NCBI GenBank assembly: GCA_964495425.1 | Contig: CAZBVG010000003.1 | Location: 518 to 64,517 of the forward strand | Direction of reading: 5' to 3' | From: an uncultured Candidatus Saccharibacteria bacterium | GTDB lineage: Bacteria > Patescibacteriota > Minisyncoccia > Phycocordibacterales > UBA6065 | Length of the DNA: 64,000 bases | Shown: positions 59,969 through 64,000 of the stretch, piece by piece | Layout: each line of letters starts with the position of its first letter | Position numbering within the stretch: position 1 is the first letter of the stretch | Translations under genes and position numbers: made by a program | Notes under the pieces: generated by a model | The model's database searches: none | Told to the model about the DNA's origin: nothing | What the model saw: only the letters and a program-made list of their open reading frames with translations

Positions 59969-62326
59969 ATGTCATTTTTGAGCGCACATGCAGCGTCCGA
60001 GAGGTCTTTTGGACTCGATAGAATTGCCTTTATAATCCTTCAGGTTGTTCTGTTTTTAACTCCAATTTTTTTCATTCCTTCAATTTCCGTACCATTTCAG
60101 ACAGGTAGGTCAGCCTTTGTGCTTTATGGTGTAATTGCAGCATTCTTGGTATGGGCAGTAGCGCGGCTTAAGGATGGGGTATTTGAGATTCCTAAGTCAT
60201 ATTTCTACTGGTCTGCAGGAGTTTTGGCGATTGCATATACGCTCGCTGCACTTATGTCAGCAAATCATGCAGTGTCATTGGCTGGTATGGGTTTTGAAAT
60301 GGGCACTCTTTCGTTTTTCTTGCCATCGCTTGTGCTATTTGCTCTCGTGCCTCTCATTGTGCGAACTAAAGAACAGATTTTCTACTCATACAGCTCGCTT
60401 CTCGTATCGTTTTTCGTGGTAGCGCTCTTCCACGTAATTCGATTTATGTTTGGCGCAGACACACTCACGTTTGGTATGTTTACCACTGCGACATCAAATA
60501 TCATTGGTAAATGGAATGACCTCGGTATTTTCTTCGGTCTCGGTGCAATCGTTTCGTTCGTAACCCTTGAAAAGGCAACTCTCAACAAACTCATCAAGTC
60601 GCTTGTGTGGGTATGTTTCGTGCTCTCACTCATCATGCTTGCGGTGATTAACTTTTCACCGATATGGATCACTCTTGCGATTCTTTCCCTCGTGTTCTTT
60701 GTCTACAAATTCTCATTTGATAAAGAGCCTGGTACTGTCGGTGCACGAATTCCTTATTATGCACTTACCGTACTCATACTCTCAGTTCTCTTTATATTTG
60801 CTGGTGCAAAGATTTCAGGAGTAATAGCAGATAGCCTAGGAACAGCACAGCTTGAGGTTCGACCTTCATGGAGCGCAACACTCGATATTGCAAAGAATTC
60901 TCTCTCTGAAAATCCTATTTTTGGTGTAGGTCCAAACCGATTCTCAGCAGATTGGCTTATGCATAAGCCAGCAGGTATCAACAATACTCTTTTTTGGAAT
61001 ACCGATTTCAATTACGGTATTGGTTTTATCCCAAGCTTCATTACAACAACGGGTCTCGTGGGCTTCTTGGCTGTAGCTCTCTTTATTGCTCTATTCCTTC
61101 AACTCGCAGCAAAGGCACTACTTAAACCAACCGCAACACCGTTTTCACGATACCTCGTACTCTCATCACTCTTTGGAAGCTTGTATCTCTGGATATTTGC
61201 GATTATCTATGTGCCATCGGCAGCGATTTGGGTTCTAACGCTCGCGCTCTCTGGTCTCTTTGTTGCTGCTGCTCGAGAAGAGAATGTTGTGGCTACAAAG
61301 TCATTTGCGGTCGCTCACAGACCTGCAGCTGGCTTTATGTCGGTTCTCCTTATCATTCTTGCAATCATTGGTGCTGTTGCGTTTGCGTATTTTGTGACAG
61401 TAAAGACAATCGCCGCTTCATATTTCCAGAAAGGACTGCTAACCATTAATCGATCAGGTAACCTCGAGCAGGGAGAACGAGAAATTCTTCGTGCAGTTGC
61501 GCTCGCTCCGGTTGATAGCCAGTACCAGTCGCTTTCAGAAATTTACCTCTCTCGAATAAATACAGTTCTTCAGGATAAAACAATTACGCAGTCAGAAGCT
61601 CAGACAAAATTCCAAGATTATATCGGTGCAGCAATTAAGGCGTCACAGTCAGCGGTAGCATACGATAATACTAATTATCGAAATTATCTTTCACTTGGCC
61701 GTGTATTTGAGTCTGTAGTACCACTTAAAATTGAAGGTTCGTTTGAAAGCGCAAAGAAGGCATACGAAGCCGCTCTCGCACTCAATCCTGATAGCCCAGA
61801 GATTTATCTCGTGTTGGCGCGACTTTCAATCGCAAATAATGATCCAAAATCTGCGAAGGAATATATAACCAAGTCTCTTGAAAAGAAGAATGATTATGCG
61901 GATGCAATCTTCCTTCTCGCACAGATTCAGATTGCAGAAAATGATGTTCCAAATGCTATTGAATCAGTAAAAGCAGTTGCAACACTTTCACCAAATGATC
62001 CTGGTATATTCTTCCAGCTCGGTCTCTTGTATTACAACCAGAGAAATTATCAAAACTCTGTTCTCGCATTCGAACGAGCGGTTAGTCTTAATAATCAGTA
62101 TGCGAATGCTAAATACTTCCTCGGCCTAAGCTACTATCAGGTAGGTGAAAAGGATAAGGCCATTGCTCAATTCAAGGGTATTCTTGAGACCAATCCAGAT
62201 AACGCTGAAGTAAAGGCGATAATTGCCAATCTTCAAGCAGGAAAAGGTCCATTTACAGTTCCAACAAATCCAGTTAAACAGTCTAATCTCCCTATAAAGG
62301 AACAGACGACAAGAGAGGAAATCTAA
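59969..62326 (+). CDS. second O-antigen-ligase-like multi-TM protein with C-terminal TPRs
   Basis: ~12 TM, GKWNDL, VRPSW, PIFGVGPNRF; TPRs (YANAKYFLGLSYY); lacks the HAHN motif. Confidence 0.8.
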   Translation: MSFLSAHAASERSFGLDRIAFIILQVVLFLTPIFFIPSISVPFQTGRSAFVLYGVIAAFLVWAVARLKDGVFEIPKSYFYWSAGVLAIAYTLAALMSANHAVSLAGMGFEMGTLSFFLPSLVLFALVPLIVRTKEQIFYSYSSLLVSFFVVALFHVIRFMFGADTLTFGMFTTATSNIIGKWNDLGIFFGLGAIVSFVTLEKATLNKLIKSLVWVCFVLSLIMLAVINFSPIWITLAILSLVFFVYKFSFDKEPGTVGARIPYYALTVLILSVLFIFAGAKISGVIADSLGTAQLEVRPSWSATLDIAKNSLSENPIFGVGPNRFSADWLMHKPAGINNTLFWNTDFNYGIGFIPSFITTTGLVGFLAVALFIALFLQLAAKALLKPTATPFSRYLVLSSLFGSLYLWIFAIIYVPSAAIWVLTLALSGLFVAAAREENVVATKSFAVAHRPAAGFMSVLLIILAIIGAVAFAYFVTVKTIAASYFQKGLLTINRSGNLEQGEREILRAVALAPVDSQYQSLSEIYLSRINTVLQDKTITQSEAQTKFQDYIGAAIKASQSAVAYDNTNYRNYLSLGRVFESVVPLKIEGSFESAKKAYEAALALNPDSPEIYLVLARLSIANNDPKSAKEYITKSLEKKNDYADAIFLLAQIQIAENDVPNAIESVKAVATLSPNDPGIFFQLGLLYYNQRNYQNSVLAFERAVSLNNQYANAKYFLGLSYYQVGEKDKAIAQFKGILETNPDNAEVKAIIANLQAGKGPFTVPTNPVKQSNLPIKEQTTREEI

Positions 62327-62345
62327 GGTAGGGTGAGGGGATCAC

Positions 62346-64000
62346 ATGGTAAAAAAGATTCTGTCATTCGTGGGTAAAGAGATAAGCGGCCTACATGAGG
62401 CCGCTTATCTGCTTGCTCTCTCATCTGTCGCATCTCTTGTATTTGCTCTCATTCGAGACAGGCTTTTAGCGCATGTACTAGGCGCAGGTCCAGCGCTTGA
62501 TGTGTACTATGCGGCATTCAGAATCCCTGACTTTATATTCGTCATTGTCGCATCACTTGTTTCAACGTCGATTCTTGTACCGTTTCTCATTGAGTCAAAA
62601 ACAAAAGGAAGGGAAGAACTTACATCGTCTATTACTAGCCTTTTTTCAGCATTTACACTTCTCATTGTTATTGTCTGTGGAATCGCAGCGATATTTATGG
62701 AGCCGATTCAGAAAATAATTTTTCCGCGACTCTTTGAAGCCGGTCTTGGTCCGCAACTTGTGACTGCCTCTCGAATCATGCTGTTTTCCCCGATATTGCT
62801 TGGTTTCGCAAGTTTCTTTGCTTCCATAACACAGATCCAAAATCGATTTTTGGTATATGCGTTGTCGGCGCCGTTATATAACGTCGGAATTATTTTTGGG
62901 ATTATATTTCTTTTACCACTCTGGGGAGTTGCAGGACTTGCTCTTGGCGTACTCTTCGGAGCAACACTTCTGTGTCTTACTCAAATTCCAATCGTGATTC
63001 GTGACGGACTGTTCCCAAAGATAGGAACTCATTTTGAGTGGGTGAAAGTAAAACGAGTTGCAAAACTCTCTGTCCCTCGAACAATTACGCTCTCGTCGCA
63101 ACAACTCTCAACACTGGGGCTTGTATCGTTTGCTTCATTTTTGGGGGCAGGATCGATATCAATCTTTAATCTTTCATTTAATCTTCAATCAGTACCACTT
63201 GCAATTATTGGTGTAAGTTATTCGTCGGCTGCATTTCCTCTACTTGCAAAACTTATTGCTGAAGGGAAGCGAGAGGTGTACTTGGAACGCATGATTGCAG
63301 CAGCAAAGCATATTATCTTCTGGTCAGTGCCACTCTCGGTTTTATTTATTGTGCTTCGTGCACAGATTGTACGAACAGTTTTGGGAACAGGAGAATTCTC
63401 TTGGTCTGACACAAGGTTAACTGCAGCGGCTCTTGCTCTCTTCGTTATTTCTGCAGTTGGGCAGTCTCTTATTCTTCTTTTCGTGCGATCGTTTTATGCA
63501 GAAGGTAAGACTGCAAAGCCGCTTCTTATAAATGTGGTATCGATGGTTGTCACAATCGCGCTCGGCTTTGTTCTCATAAAAGTATTCCGTACAGTTCCGT
63601 TATTTGCCAATTTCACCGCAGCTCTTATGAGAACTATGAGTTCAGCAGACTCAAGCGTGCTGATGCTTCCACTCGCATTTACACTCGGCACATTCCTCAA
63701 TCTCTTTTTACATTGGAGGTCGTTTGCAAAGGAGTTTCCGGGGTTTACCGCTCCACTCATGCGAACAATATTTCAGGTCACGAGCTCAGCAATTATAGGG
63801 GGTTATGTGGCGTACCATTCACTCAAACTCTTTGATGATGTGTTTAACATCAATACATCGCTCGGTATTTTTATGCAGGGTTTGTGTGCGGGAATTATAG
63901 GTATTATTGCAACCATTATTATTCTTATTCTGCTTAAGAATAGGGAGCTTAAAGACATCAAACAAGCTCTTCACGAAAAGGTGTGGAGGGTTGATAGGGC
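62346..64000 (+). CDS. murJ: lipid II flippase MurJ/MviN (3' end beyond the window)
   Basis: Manual translation MVKKILSFVGKEISGLHEAAYLL...RDRLLAH.LGAG..LDVYYAAFRIPD; absent from the ORF track, consistent with no stop before the window end. Confidence 0.9.
   Translation, partial: MVKKILSFVGKEISGLHEAAYLLALSSVASLVFALIRDRLLAHVLGAGPALDVYYAAFRIPDFIFVIVASLVSTSILVPFLIESKTKGREELTSSITSLFSAFTLLIVIVCGIAAIFMEPIQKIIFPRLFEAGLGPQLVTASRIMLFSPILLGFASFFASITQIQNRFLVYALSAPLYNVGIIFGIIFLLPLWGVAGLALGVLFGATLLCLTQIPIVIRDGLFPKIGTHFEWVKVKRVAKLSVPRTITLSSQQLSTLGLVSFASFLGAGSISIFNLSFNLQSVPLAIIGVSYSSAAFPLLAKLIAEGKREVYLERMIAAAKHIIFWSVPLSVLFIVLRAQIVRTVLGTGEFSWSDTRLTAAALALFVISAVGQSLILLFVRSFYAEGKTAKPLLINVVSMVVTIALGFVLIKVFRTVPLFANFTAALMRTMSSADSSVLMLPLAFTLGTFLNLFLHWRSFAKEFPGFTAPLMRTIFQVTSSAIIGGYVAYHSLKLFDDVFNINTSLGIFMQGLCAGIIGIIATIIILILLKNRELKDIKQALHEKVWRVDR

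Noticed and set aside
62497-63760. Short ORFs near the window end
   Set aside because: They are shadows of murJ, which the ORF track missed because it runs off the window.

Overview
A 64-kb chromosomal segment using genetic code 11, most consistent with a Patescibacteria (CPR, Parcubacteria-like) genome. The assignment is inferred from gene content: lower glycolysis (pyk, gpmI, eno), a short Obg, a stand-alone VirD4-like ATPase, and O-antigen-ligase/TPR fusions. Housekeeping content: tRNA-Ile(GAT), RNase P RNA (rnpB), secA, murB, murJ, mraY, gatB, rlmH, rsmI, and an nrdAB pair whose R2 has class Ic (Mn/Fe) signature residues. A ~24-kb surface-glycan region (16.1-39.8 kb) includes a likely GDP-colitose pathway. 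I saw no CRISPR array, integrase, transposase or prophage. Main signals: (1) a 7-kb neighbourhood combining an ATP-grasp ligase, an NlpC/P60-like protein, MraY, an ATE1/Bpt-like tRNA-dependent transferase, an Mpl-like ligase, a LysW-like carrier with a non-canonical C-terminus and a PLP fold-II enzyme, a candidate undescribed cell-wall peptide tailoring pathway; (2) two expression architectures, in which core genes look leaderless while 8-9 dispersed orphan cassettes, all on the + strand, carry full -35/-10 promoters, leaders and terminators; (3) three of those cassettes share an AGAAAATC..AAATCCAG-ATG leader motif; (4) a stand-alone structured RNA candidate upstream of obgE. All calls come from reading motifs by eye; no searches were run.
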